From assembly GCA_050246315.1 (NCBI GenBank), contig JBFWWG010000002.1:1-64000 (forward strand): a stretch of 64,000 bases of DNA, given 5' to 3'. The notes beneath the pieces are model-generated. The model ran no database searches and was not told the origin of the DNA. It saw only the letters and a list, made by a program, of their open reading frames with translations. The position numbers and the translations under genes were made by a program. Positions 9,834 through 18,722 of this stretch are shown piece by piece (position 1 is the stretch's first letter; the number at the start of each line of letters is the position of its first letter). The stretch is from Nitrospiraceae bacterium (GTDB taxonomy: Bacteria; Nitrospirota; Nitrospiria; Nitrospirales; Nitrospiraceae).

Positions 9834-10116
9834 AGCCCTCACGATCGATCCGGACGTACTACGCCGGTTGCGGAAGCTACCACGTGCTGAAAAGATCGAG
9901 TGCTTGTTGGCGCTCTGTGAGCTGGCAGAAAGGTTTGGCCAACCACACACCCACAGCGGTCTGGGCATCCGAAAGCTGGGAGATAAGCTGTTTGAATGTC
10001 GGGGCAGTCTTGCGTTGCGTTTCATATTCCAAGATCTGCAGACCGAACTCTTCATCTCCTTCCTAGGAAACCACGATGACATCAAATCGTTGCTTCGGAG
10101 CGGCAAATATCGCTGA
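9826..10116 (+). CDS. Type II toxin, RelE/ParE superfamily
   Basis: 96 aa basic protein with HSGLGIRKL...LFECR...LRFIF...FLGNHDDI; 8-nt overlap with the antitoxin. Confidence 0.75.
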   Translation: MAKALTIDPDVLRRLRKLPRAEKIECLLALCELAERFGQPHTHSGLGIRKLGDKLFECRGSLALRFIFQDLQTELFISFLGNHDDIKSLLRSGKYR

Positions 10117-10329
10117 ACCGATCTTTGATCGCATCCGGCTTGGGAGCCAGCTTGGTGCCAGATACCTCAGTGCCGGAACGGCTACAACTGTCACAAATGA
10201 CAGGGTGATGGCCCGACATTATCCCAAGAAGCAAAATACGGCAAGAGGATCACCAGAGATGTCAACCTCGAACCGGTCGGTTTGCTGTCTCTTCTCATCT
10301 GTTCTCCTTTCAATTGACGATGGAGCGCG

Positions 10330-10510
10330 TCAATTCATACCGCTCGCCGCCGTGGTCCCCCCACCGCCCCAGATGAAACTCACCTGAAAGAAATTCATGT
10401 AGGTACCGGGGAACTGGCCGGCGACAGCCCCAGCCAGCGGTCCCCTGTTCTGATTCACCGACAGGTTGCCGCCATAGGCGAGTTCATAGCTGAACTGCAC
10501 ATTCAATTTG
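10330..10510 (-). pseudogene. 3' remnant of a FadL/OmpP1 paralog
   Basis: LNVQFSYELAYGGNLSVNQNRGPLAGAVAGQFPGTYMNFFQVSFIWGGG aligns with the C-terminus of 11810-13105; many of the differences are synonymous. Confidence 0.85.
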
Positions 10511-10583
10511 GCGTTGATCGAGGAGCCACGCTGCCGGTGAACGGAGGTCGTCCGCACGCAGCCGCCCACGCTCTAGTTCGGGA

Positions 10584-10612
10584 TTGAGAAATCTAAAGTC
10601 ACAGTTTATAAT
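10584..10612 (+). promoter_or_regulatory. Sigma70 promoter of the AAA ATPase gene
   Basis: TTGAGA(10584-10589)-N17-TATAAT(10607-10612); ATG 8 nt downstream with no SD; flanked by TGAGAA/TTCTCA inverted half-sites. Confidence 0.75.
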
Positions 10613-10620
10613 TCTCATCT

Positions 10621-11796
10621 ATGCGCTACATTCGACGCCAGCTGGAAAGCCAGGTGTTGCAAGCGGTGAAACGCTTTCCGGCCGTGGTGTTGACAGGGCC
10701 TCGCCGCGCCGGCAAGACACTGCTGCTGCGCCGGCTGTTTCCCACGGCGAGCTATTTCCTGCTCGAAGATCCAGACGTGGTGGCGCGGCTTCGAGCTGAT
10801 CCGCAAGGCTTCCTTGACGCCGTGCCGACACCGGCAATCCTTGACGAGGTGCAGAACGTGCCGGAGGTATTCGCGTTTGTGCGCTCGCGGATTGATCGCC
10901 GGCCGCGGCGCGTGGGCCAGTGGCTGCTGACCGGGTCGCAAGAGTCGCCGCTGATGCAGGGCGTGACGGAATCCATGGCGGGGCGGGCGGCGGTGTTGCA
11001 ACTGTTCCCGCTGTCATGGCGTGAGACGCCAAAGGTCAGCCTGTGGCGTGGCGGGTATCCCGAAGTGGTGGCACGCCCGAGCGGGGCGCGCTTGTGGTTT
11101 AGCTCGTATCTGCAGACCTACCTGGAGCGGGACGTCCGGGCTGTGACGGCAGTGAAGGATCTCGCGCTGTTCCGCCGGTTCCTCGCGCTGCTGGCCAGCC
11201 GGCATGGGCAGGTGTTGAATAAGACCGATCTGGCCGCCCCGCTGGGTGTGAGTGTGCCGACCATTGCCCAATGGCTCGGTATACTGGAAACGACGGCGCA
11301 AATCCTGATCGTACCCCCGTTTTACGAGAACCTCGGCAAACGCCTGATCAAGTCGCCCAAGATCTATGTCGCTGATGCCGGCCTCGCGTGCCATTTGCTG
11401 GGCATCGATACGCTGGGAGAACTCGCCCGGTCGCCGTTTCGTGGTGCGTTGTTTGAAGGCTTCATCGCAGCAGAGATGGCCAAGGCTCAGGTGAACGCAG
11501 GCGGCCGGCGCGAGCTGTACTATTTCCGCGACGAGCAGGGTCTGGAAGTGGATTTCCTCGTGCCCGGACGCGGCGGCTCGGTGGTACTGGTGGAGTGCAA
11601 GGCCGGGCGCACGGTGACGCCTGCCATGGCCACGCCGATGCAGCGGCTGGCTGAGGCGCTGAAACGAAAACGCTCAAAGGCTTCCGGCACGAGGATGCTT
11701 CTCGTGCATCAATCACCGCAGCCGAGCATGCCGACGCATGCTCTGGCTCCCGGCGTGCGGGCGTTGCCGTGGCAGGAATTTCTTGAAGAACTGTGA
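10621..11796 (+). CDS. AAA+ ATPase with DUF4143 C-terminal domain
   Basis: Walker A GPRRAGKT, Walker B ILDEVQ, LTGSQ, ESMAGR, KSPKIY, and a YYFRDEQGLEVDFL...VECK nuclease-like tail. Confidence 0.9.
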   Translation: MRYIRRQLESQVLQAVKRFPAVVLTGPRRAGKTLLLRRLFPTASYFLLEDPDVVARLRADPQGFLDAVPTPAILDEVQNVPEVFAFVRSRIDRRPRRVGQWLLTGSQESPLMQGVTESMAGRAAVLQLFPLSWRETPKVSLWRGGYPEVVARPSGARLWFSSYLQTYLERDVRAVTAVKDLALFRRFLALLASRHGQVLNKTDLAAPLGVSVPTIAQWLGILETTAQILIVPPFYENLGKRLIKSPKIYVADAGLACHLLGIDTLGELARSPFRGALFEGFIAAEMAKAQVNAGGRRELYYFRDEQGLEVDFLVPGRGGSVVLVECKAGRTVTPAMATPMQRLAEALKRKRSKASGTRMLLVHQSPQPSMPTHALAPGVRALPWQEFLEEL

Positions 11797-11809
11797 CGAT
11801 GCCGGAAGC

Positions 11810-13105
11810 CTAGTAGGTAAAGGGATTTCCACCGCCCCAGATGAAACTGACCTGGAAGAAATTGATGTAGGTGCCGGGAAACTGTCCAACCACGCTGCCT
11901 CCAAGCGGTCCACGGTCTTGGTTCACAGGCATGTTGCCGCCATAGGCTAACTCGTAGCTGAAGGCAACGTTGAGTGTGGGACTCGCCTGCCATTCGGCGC
12001 CCAGTCCGAAACGAAACTGCTGCCCGATCGGGAGTGTGACCGTGCGGTCCTGATCCTTCAGCATCGAGCTGTCCCAGGCGAAACCGGTATTGATCAGCCA
12101 GGCTTGATTGAGTCGGTAGCGGCTTCCCAGCGCCACATGGTAGGTGTCCTGATAGTTCACCGCGATGGTCCCGCTCGGACTCAGCGCATTCCCTGTAACG
12201 CCGATATCGACCTTTCCGAATTGACTCCAGTCCTGCCAGCCGAAGTCCAGCATCAGCGCCCATCGCTCCGTGAATTCATGGTAGGCGCTCACCATCACTT
12301 GCTGAGGGACTCTCACCCCCAAATCGAGTTGATTGCCCAGCAGGCCACGGTTCTGCAGCGCGGTGCCGAGCGGTCCGGACAGGCCCGTGAATTGAGGGAC
12401 GTCGGAAAAATTCAGCTTGACCTGCGAATAGTAGGCGACCCCGAATCGCATCCCTTTTCTAGGCTCATAGAGCATGCCGACATTTCCGCCGGCGCCCACG
12501 GTCGTATCCTTCACCTGCATCTGTCCGTCCGGGACATTGAGAAAGAGCCGGTTGTTGACGGCGGCGCTGTAGTTCAGGTACCCGACCATTACGTTTGCTG
12601 CAGCCCCGATAGAGAGTTGATCCGTGATGCGATAGCTGAAGCCCGGCAAGATGCTCACGCCGATCAACGTGCTTTCGAGCCCGTGATACCGGCCGACCCA
12701 TCCGCTGTCGTATTTCAAGCCGAGTCCGAAATTGGAAAACAGGCCGATGCCGAGTTTGAAATCCCGGCCCAACCCGTGGACATAGAACAAGCTGGCGCCG
12801 GGCAATACTCCAAGCGGGTTCCCTCCGTCGGTTCCATCCACCGTCGTTCCCGCACTTGGGCTGAAGCCGAGGCTTCCGTAGAGCAATTGTGCGCCGGCCT
12901 GGAACTGGTTGCCTTCCAACAAACTCATACCGGCCGGATTCTTAAGGAGTGTGGCAGGGTCCTGGGCGCGCGCCGCCCATCCGGCACTGGCCAGTCCGAC
13001 ATCGGCCGTTCCGATTTCATACAGAGAGAGTCCGCCGGCCAGCGCCTGAGCCGATGCCAGCAGTATCGCGGTCAGCGTCGTTGCAAGCGCTATTCTCCGC
13101 GGCAT
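11810..13105 (-). CDS. OmpP1/FadL/TodX-family outer membrane transporter
   Basis: Signal peptide ending ALA, GLASAGWAARAQDPATLLKNPAGMS FadL hatch motif, beta-barrel pattern. Confidence 0.9.
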   Translation of the reverse strand: MPRRIALATTLTAILLASAQALAGGLSLYEIGTADVGLASAGWAARAQDPATLLKNPAGMSLLEGNQFQAGAQLLYGSLGFSPSAGTTVDGTDGGNPLGVLPGASLFYVHGLGRDFKLGIGLFSNFGLGLKYDSGWVGRYHGLESTLIGVSILPGFSYRITDQLSIGAAANVMVGYLNYSAAVNNRLFLNVPDGQMQVKDTTVGAGGNVGMLYEPRKGMRFGVAYYSQVKLNFSDVPQFTGLSGPLGTALQNRGLLGNQLDLGVRVPQQVMVSAYHEFTERWALMLDFGWQDWSQFGKVDIGVTGNALSPSGTIAVNYQDTYHVALGSRYRLNQAWLINTGFAWDSSMLKDQDRTVTLPIGQQFRFGLGAEWQASPTLNVAFSYELAYGGNMPVNQDRGPLGGSVVGQFPGTYINFFQVSFIWGGGNPFTY

Positions 13106-13142
13106 GAGTTGCCTCCTCTCACCGTTTCATCGAGACCCGGTG

Positions 13143-13880
13143 CTACTTCATCAGCTTCTCCACGGTTTTCCGCAAATCCGCCGATTTGGGATTGCTCACG
13201 CTGTGCTTGATGATGATGTCCGTGGGCCGCACGTCCTTCCCGTAATAGGCCCGATTGGAATCATTCGAGACCGCGATAATGGCACCGTCGGCCGAGATTC
13301 CGGCGAAGACACCCTTCTTTCGAGCATAGGACAGGATATCGGCCGCGATGCCGCGAACCGAGACCCCTTCCCCTTCAGGACCGACGGCCATCGAGACGTC
13401 CGCTCCCAGTTTGAAGTCGTTCCGATAGAATTCTTCCAGACCTTTTTGATTTCTCACCACCAGGACCATCTCCGACACGTCCGCGCCGATTTGCAGGCCG
13501 AAACTGGCTGAGCCGATGGTGTAGAAGGCCGGTTCCGACCAGGCCCCGGTTTTTTCGTCGCGTACCAGCAGGACTCCGCTGCCTCCGGCACCGCCGAACA
13601 CAAAGGCCCCTCGGACGAATTGTGGCGCGATAAAGAGGGCCTTGGCCTCGGACTTCAATTCACGAATTGGCCCGCTCAAACCGGGATCTGCCGAAAAGGC
13701 CTCCACGGTGAGGCGGGCCTTGTCGACGAGCGCCTGCTGCTCGACCGCAGAGTCGGCAGCATCTGACGGCGCCGTCATCAGCATCGTCCCCAACACGAAG
13801 CCCGCCATGCCCAGTCGCCACGCGGCTTCACCCACGACGATTCGAACCAGTTCCCCACTGTGTTTCCGATCCGGTGTCAT
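13143..13880 (-). CDS. Lipid-binding SYLF/Ysc84-domain protein (paralog 1)
   Basis: GAFVFGGAGGSGVLL, WSEPAFY, SFGLQIGAD, YARKKGVFAGIS, NRAYYG. Confidence 0.9.
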   Translation of the reverse strand: MTPDRKHSGELVRIVVGEAAWRLGMAGFVLGTMLMTAPSDAADSAVEQQALVDKARLTVEAFSADPGLSGPIRELKSEAKALFIAPQFVRGAFVFGGAGGSGVLLVRDEKTGAWSEPAFYTIGSASFGLQIGADVSEMVLVVRNQKGLEEFYRNDFKLGADVSMAVGPEGEGVSVRGIAADILSYARKKGVFAGISADGAIIAVSNDSNRAYYGKDVRPTDIIIKHSVSNPKSADLRKTVEKLMK

Positions 13881-14004
13881 GCAGACCTCCCCCTGTCAGG
13901 ATGATGTGTTCTGTTATTTCGATTGATTCGAGGTTTCGGATCGATCACGCCGCTTGTGTGAGCGCAGGTGGCAGATGGCTGTGCGTCGGGAGCGAATCGC
14001 GTTC

Positions 14005-14085
14005 GATTTCCTGAGCATCTTCCCTCGCCCCCTTCGCCTGGCTCTTCGCCTCTTCCGAGAGCGTCTTGGCCTCGCCTTTCAGCTT
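14005..14085 (-). pseudogene. Remnant of the small K/E/A-rich protein gene
   Basis: Translates KLKGEAKTLSEEAKSQAKGAREDA versus KMKGEAKALTEEAKGQAKGAVEDA in 15043-15318; no start codon. Confidence 0.7.
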
Positions 14086-14093
14086 GCGATGGA

Positions 14094-14828
14094 TTACTTC
14101 ATCATCTCTTCCACGGTCTTCCGCAGGGCGGCGGATTCGGGGTTGCTCACGCTGTGCTTGATGATGATGTCTGTGGGCCGCACGTCCTTCCCGTAATAGG
14201 CTCGATTGGAATCGTTCGAAACCGCGATGATCGCCCCTTCGACCGATATCCCTGCAAAGGCACCCTTCTTCCGAGCATAGGACAGGATGTCGGCCGCGAT
14301 GCCGCGAACCGAAACCCCTTCCCCTGCAGGACCGACGGCCATCGAGACATCGGCTCCTAACTTGAAGTCGGTCCGATAGAATTCTTCAAGCCCCTTTTGG
14401 GTTCTCACCACAAGGACCATCTCCGACGTATCCAGACCGATTTGCAAACCGAAACTGGCCGATCCCATGGTGTAGAAAGCCGGTTCCGACCACCCTCCAG
14501 TTTTTTCGTCTCGCACGAGCAGGACTCCGCTGCCTCCGGCACCGCCGAAGACAAACGCCCCGCGCACAAATTGCGGGACGATGAACAGCGCTTTGGCCTC
14601 GGACTTGAGATCTCGAATTGGGCCACCCAGGCTTGAATCGGCCGCAAAGGCTTGCACGGTGAGGCGTGCCTTCTCCACTAGTTGCTGCTGTTCGGCAAAG
14701 TCCATGGCATTCGATGGTGTCGGGATCAGCATGCTTCCCAGCATCAGCACCAGGATGCCTAAGAGGCGCCTGGCAGCACGCAAGGCACCTCGATCCCTAT
14801 TCTCGCCGCTTGTCCGATCTGTCGTCAT
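14094..14828 (-). CDS. Lipid-binding SYLF/Ysc84-domain protein (paralog 2)
   Basis: Nearly identical to paralog 1 over the mature domain; RBS AGGAGG before ATG 14828. Confidence 0.9.
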   Translation of the reverse strand: MTTDRTSGENRDRGALRAARRLLGILVLMLGSMLIPTPSNAMDFAEQQQLVEKARLTVQAFAADSSLGGPIRDLKSEAKALFIVPQFVRGAFVFGGAGGSGVLLVRDEKTGGWSEPAFYTMGSASFGLQIGLDTSEMVLVVRTQKGLEEFYRTDFKLGADVSMAVGPAGEGVSVRGIAADILSYARKKGAFAGISVEGAIIAVSNDSNRAYYGKDVRPTDIIIKHSVSNPESAALRKTVEEMMK

Positions 14829-15042
14829 CCGAGACCTCCTCTTGTGACATGTCGTCCGAACCTTCCGTTGATTCGAGTTTCCTGCTTGCTCAGGTCCGAG
14901 CACGGAGCTTATCTCCTGGCCGGCCCTGATGTTCCGGCATCCATGACCATATGGCATACTCATGCGTTCCTGATCACATCGCCGCGCGAGATCTGCTGCA
15001 CATGCTCATGTCCGCGTGCGGCCGGCGGCCGTTCGTTTGAGG

Positions 15043-15318
15043 CTATTTGGCTTTTTCTTTCAGTGCTTTGACCTCGCCCTTCGCGCGCTCCGTTTCAGCC
15101 TTGGCCTTGCCTTTCGCCCGTTCCACATCGGCGCTCATCTTGTTGCCCTTGGCGTCTTCCACGGCTCCCTTCGCCTGGCCCTTGGCCTCTTCCGTGAGAG
15201 CTTTGGCCTCGCCCTTCATTTTCTCCATCGTGGCGGTGGTTTCTCCCGCGAACGAGATGGCAGTGAAAGCGGTCACTGCGAAACAGACGCCGAGAACTTG
15301 GCAGGTCAGATTCTTCAT
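15043..15318 (-). CDS. Small secreted Lys/Glu/Ala-rich protein (CsbD/LEA-like)
   Basis: RBS AAGGAGG, signal peptide ending SFA, repetitive helical EAKG/ERAKG units. Confidence 0.75.
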   Translation of the reverse strand: MKNLTCQVLGVCFAVTAFTAISFAGETTATMEKMKGEAKALTEEAKGQAKGAVEDAKGNKMSADVERAKGKAKAETERAKGEVKALKEKAK

Positions 15319-15387
15319 GTCACACCCTCCTTTTCCGCAAAAGTGTGTTGTGCTCGGACAGCCTCGAGGCTTGAGCGTCGTCCCACC

Positions 15388-15897
15388 TCAGGGCGATTCT
15401 CCCGGTTTCCCCGCCGGCACCATGGAATTGAGATCGACCTCCCCGCTTTCATCGAATGGAATGGTGAAACTACTGGGTGCCTGAGCGAAGGCCTTCCCCT
15501 TGAGGCGATAACGGAGCTTCGTCGTTGACCCGCTCATTTCTTGCATTTGGCGAAGAAAACTGCCGATGCCCGTAATCACCTCGCCGGTGATGACTTCGGA
15601 GCCGAAACGTGGAATGGTGACGGCCTGGCCGGACATGCCGTTACCGAACTCCTTCTCGTTCAGGTCGATCTCGAAACGAATCCCGTTGATCCCGAGATCG
15701 AAATTATTCGGGTTCTGGATTCGAAGTTGGACGTCGAAGCGCTGCTCAAAGATGGCCACGTCCTTTGGGGCGATGTTGGCAATCCCGAACTTGGGAGTCT
15801 CGAAGTCTTTCGGCACCGTCGAACAGGCCGTCACGGTCAGCGTAAGCAGGGCCGCCCAGACTCCGATGACTCTTCGTCGATTCGGCAGTGTATGCAT
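15388..15897 (-). CDS. LEA type 2 / WHy-domain lipoprotein
   Basis: Lipobox VTAC; FEQRFDVQLRIQNPNNFDL...IPRFGSE LEA_2 signature. Confidence 0.88.
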   Translation of the reverse strand: MHTLPNRRRVIGVWAALLTLTVTACSTVPKDFETPKFGIANIAPKDVAIFEQRFDVQLRIQNPNNFDLGINGIRFEIDLNEKEFGNGMSGQAVTIPRFGSEVITGEVITGIGSFLRQMQEMSGSTTKLRYRLKGKAFAQAPSSFTIPFDESGEVDLNSMVPAGKPGESP

Positions 15898-15981
15898 GGT
15901 TGGTCTCCGATGAAGATCGTCCCGTGAGCGATATGGCAATCCCGGGCGGACCACCCGCCCGCCCGGAGCGCGTCGTGCGAC

Positions 15982-16419
15982 CTAGTTCATCACCATCGCC
16001 AAGAGGTTCTTCGCCGGTTCCCCGCCGACCTTGCCGACGAAATCGCCCATCACCTGCGAGAACTTCGGCACCATCTCGTTGCCCATCCCAAGACGCGAGA
16101 ATGCCGTCTCCAGTCCGGCTTTGTCTTTGATCGGCCCCGTCACGGCCCCGAGGTCTTTCGCGCTTTTCATGATGCTGTCGGCGCCGGGAATCATGTTGCT
16201 CAGCGAAGAGAAATCGCCGCTGGGTAATTTCTCCTTCGCCAATGACAGCATGGAGCCTGCTCCGCCCGTGGCCTGATTTGAGGTGACGCCCAGTTGCTGT
16301 GTGAGCAGACTCGTGAGCGCGTTCGTGCCTCCCATGGACTCAAACATCGAGCACCCGGACCACATCAACGCCGAGAATAGAAGCATAACGGTTGACCCTA
16401 TCCTGAGTTTGCACGACAT
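15982..16419 (-). CDS. DUF2780-family lipoprotein
   Basis: Lipobox WSGC; LTQQLGVTSNQATGGAGSMLSLAKEKL...AFSRLGM typical of DUF2780; RBS AAGGAGG. Confidence 0.8.
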   Translation of the reverse strand: MSCKLRIGSTVMLLFSALMWSGCSMFESMGGTNALTSLLTQQLGVTSNQATGGAGSMLSLAKEKLPSGDFSSLSNMIPGADSIMKSAKDLGAVTGPIKDKAGLETAFSRLGMGNEMVPKFSQVMGDFVGKVGGEPAKNLLAMVMN

Positions 16420-16486
16420 GGAGACCTCCTTCTGCTGGTTTTGAGGATGTACCGACTGAGACGTTTTCCGTTCGATCAGATTCTCG

Positions 16487-17209
16487 TTACTTGAGGAGGG
16501 CGGCCGCGGCTTTGCGCAATGGTTCAGATCCGGGATTGCCGGCGCTTCCTTTGAGCAGGATGTCGGTCGGTTTGACCGGCTGTCGATAATACAGGCGGTT
16601 GGCCTCATCCGAGGCCACGATGACCGCTTCATCCAGGGCAATCCCGGCGAAGGCGCCCTTGGTACGCGCATAGGCGACCAAGTCGGCCTTGATGCCGTGC
16701 AAAGAGGCTCCCTTGCCGACCGGTCCCAGTGACATCGTCGCATCCCCTCCAAGCGTGAGACTCGAGTGATAAAACTTCCGGAGGGCTCGGTCGGTCCTGA
16801 CGAGCATGAGCAGTTCGGATGTATCCAGTCCGAGCTGCAATCCAAGGCTTGCCGAGCCGATCGTATAGAATACCGGCTGGGACCAATCCCCGGTCTCTTG
16901 ATATCTGACCAGCAGCAGACCGCTCCCTCCCGCTCCACCGAACACCAACCCTCCACGGATGAGGTGGGGCACGATAAAGATGGCTTTGATGTCCTGTGCG
17001 GTGTCGCGAATCATGGCGAGCAACTCAGGGTGCGTGGAGAAGTCTTCGAGGGTCTGTTGCGCCTTGTTCACGAGCTGCTGTTGCTCGGCGGCCTCCTCAG
17101 CCTCTCCTGCCGGCGAGGCGAACGAGGCCGATCCCCAGGCCGCGACGGTGAACGCGATCAACGCCGCCACGCCGGACCATATCCGGTCCTGTCCTGACGA
17201 GGGTCTCAT
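16487..17209 (-). CDS. Lipid-binding SYLF/Ysc84-domain protein (paralog 3)
   Basis: GGLVFGGAGGSGLLL, WSQPVFY, SLGLQLGLD, YARTKGAFAGI. Confidence 0.88.
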   Translation of the reverse strand: MRPSSGQDRIWSGVAALIAFTVAAWGSASFASPAGEAEEAAEQQQLVNKAQQTLEDFSTHPELLAMIRDTAQDIKAIFIVPHLIRGGLVFGGAGGSGLLLVRYQETGDWSQPVFYTIGSASLGLQLGLDTSELLMLVRTDRALRKFYHSSLTLGGDATMSLGPVGKGASLHGIKADLVAYARTKGAFAGIALDEAVIVASDEANRLYYRQPVKPTDILLKGSAGNPGSEPLRKAAAALLK

Positions 17210-17393
17210 ACACGGCTCCTGGTAGATAAGGCAAACGAGGTCCGAATGAATCGGACGGCGCCAACAATTTCGGGCGGCATTCTAGTATTTGGGCCGAGAG
17301 GACACAACTATTAGTTCTGACAGGTCAGATCATGCGATAACGGGTCGTACGGTGGTTGCAGGGGAAGCGGCCGTGAATCATGTGAACGAGGAG

Positions 17394-17720
17394 TCAAAAC
17401 TGGCAAGTCGCACCGGCCGTGACGTTCGTGTTGTGCACGATGCCCTGTTCAAAACTCTCTCGGCGTTGCGATCGCTGGAAGGCCACCAGCGCGTTCCACC
17501 GGGGCGAGAGTCGATACCGGGCGTTGATTTCGCCCAACCAGACGGTTTCATGGCCGTCCTTCCGTTCGTCTCCTACGGTGCCGCTGGTCCGAATGTTCCG
17601 TTTATCGTGCTGGCCCACCTCGAACCCCACTTCTTTCGTCACTTCGGCAGCTTCCCGCTGACTGATTGAGGCGGCCGACGATCTCACCGATCCGAACGTC
17701 AGTGAGTTGATCACCAGCGA
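17394..17720 (-). pseudogene. C-terminal remnant of an outer-membrane beta-barrel protein
   Basis: Open frame without a start, amphipathic strands (WLGEINARYRLSPRWNALVAFQRSQR), terminal Phe. Confidence 0.5.
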
Positions 17721-17727
17721 GTCGTCT

Positions 17728-18291
17728 TTACTTATGCATTTTGGTGAATTTGGAACCTTCCAAGGTGAGATTGTACATGAGTCCTTTCTGGCCGAAGACG
17801 AACCCCACGATCGGATCTTTGATCTTGGTGGTATCAATCGACCCACCTGCCCCAAGCGTGACCAATGCGACCGAGCCATCCACGCCCGCCTTCCAGCCTT
17901 CACTGGTTCGAAATTTCGTCAGTGCGTCCTCATCCATGAACACGAGAAGCACGGTCTTCATTTGTCCACCGAACTGGAATCCGAACGACGCCGAGGCGAT
18001 ATTGTAGTAGTCCACGGTCTTGCCTGCGATGCGGAGCGCCCCTTCGCCATATTCGCCGCCGAAGCCGACCCCGGCCTTGAGCACTTTCGGCAGGACCAGC
18101 ACTCCCTTGCTGCTTTCCAGGAACTCCTTTCCGCCGCCGACTTGCTTCTGGAACTCTTCCAGCGCCACATCCACGCTGACATCGATCTCTCTTCCGGTCG
18201 CTGCACCCGTCTGGTCCGCCAGCCATCCGGCGGTCACGAGGATTAAACCGAGGGTAACCGTCAACTTCCAAGGGCATGCGGTGTTCTGCAT
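17728..18291 (-). CDS. Short YSC84/SYLF-related secreted protein (paralog 4)
   Basis: KAGVGFGGEYGEGAL, YYNIASASFGFQFGGQ, GWKAGVDGSVA, QKGLMYNLTLEGSKFTK. Confidence 0.88.
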   Translation of the reverse strand: MQNTACPWKLTVTLGLILVTAGWLADQTGAATGREIDVSVDVALEEFQKQVGGGKEFLESSKGVLVLPKVLKAGVGFGGEYGEGALRIAGKTVDYYNIASASFGFQFGGQMKTVLLVFMDEDALTKFRTSEGWKAGVDGSVALVTLGAGGSIDTTKIKDPIVGFVFGQKGLMYNLTLEGSKFTKMHK

Positions 18292-18342
18292 CACACGGCT
18301 CCTTTCACGGGTGAACATGGGTCAGTCCTTTTCAGTCCGAGG

Positions 18343-18615
18343 CTATTTCTGAGGAGCCGGCTGTGCCGCGAGCCCAGCCTTGTAGTCATCCTCGGAAATC
18401 TCCTTCACCTCGGATGATTGCAGGGTCACCGTACTCCCGGTTTTCGCATCTTTGATTTTCACGGCTCCTGACCGACCGGTTTCCTTGACTTCGGTCGTGT
18501 AATAGTTCTTGCCGGACGCCGGATCGGTTACCCGATAATAGCTGGTACAGCCGCTGATCGACAGTGCCAGGCACAAGCTGCAGAGTGAGAGCATCCTGAC
18601 GAGTGAATAAGACAT
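18343..18615 (-). CDS. Small lipoprotein
   Basis: RBS AGGAGGAGG, lipobox ISGC, YYRVTDPASGKNYYT. Confidence 0.8.
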   Translation of the reverse strand: MSYSLVRMLSLCSLCLALSISGCTSYYRVTDPASGKNYYTTEVKETGRSGAVKIKDAKTGSTVTLQSSEVKEISEDDYKAGLAAQPAPQK

Positions 18616-18722
18616 CGTGTCCTCCTCCTGATGTGATAGAGATGGTGCAGGCTCGGATAGAACGGCAGTCGAGTGTACCCGGTTCACCGGTCCTGGTCTA
18701 GCCCAGAAACGGCGAGCACGGC

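Noticed and set aside
10361..11975. Diversity-generating retroelement TR/VR pair at the fadL C-terminus
   Set aside because: Mismatches are largely synonymous and not adenine-specific; no reverse transcriptase is in the window.
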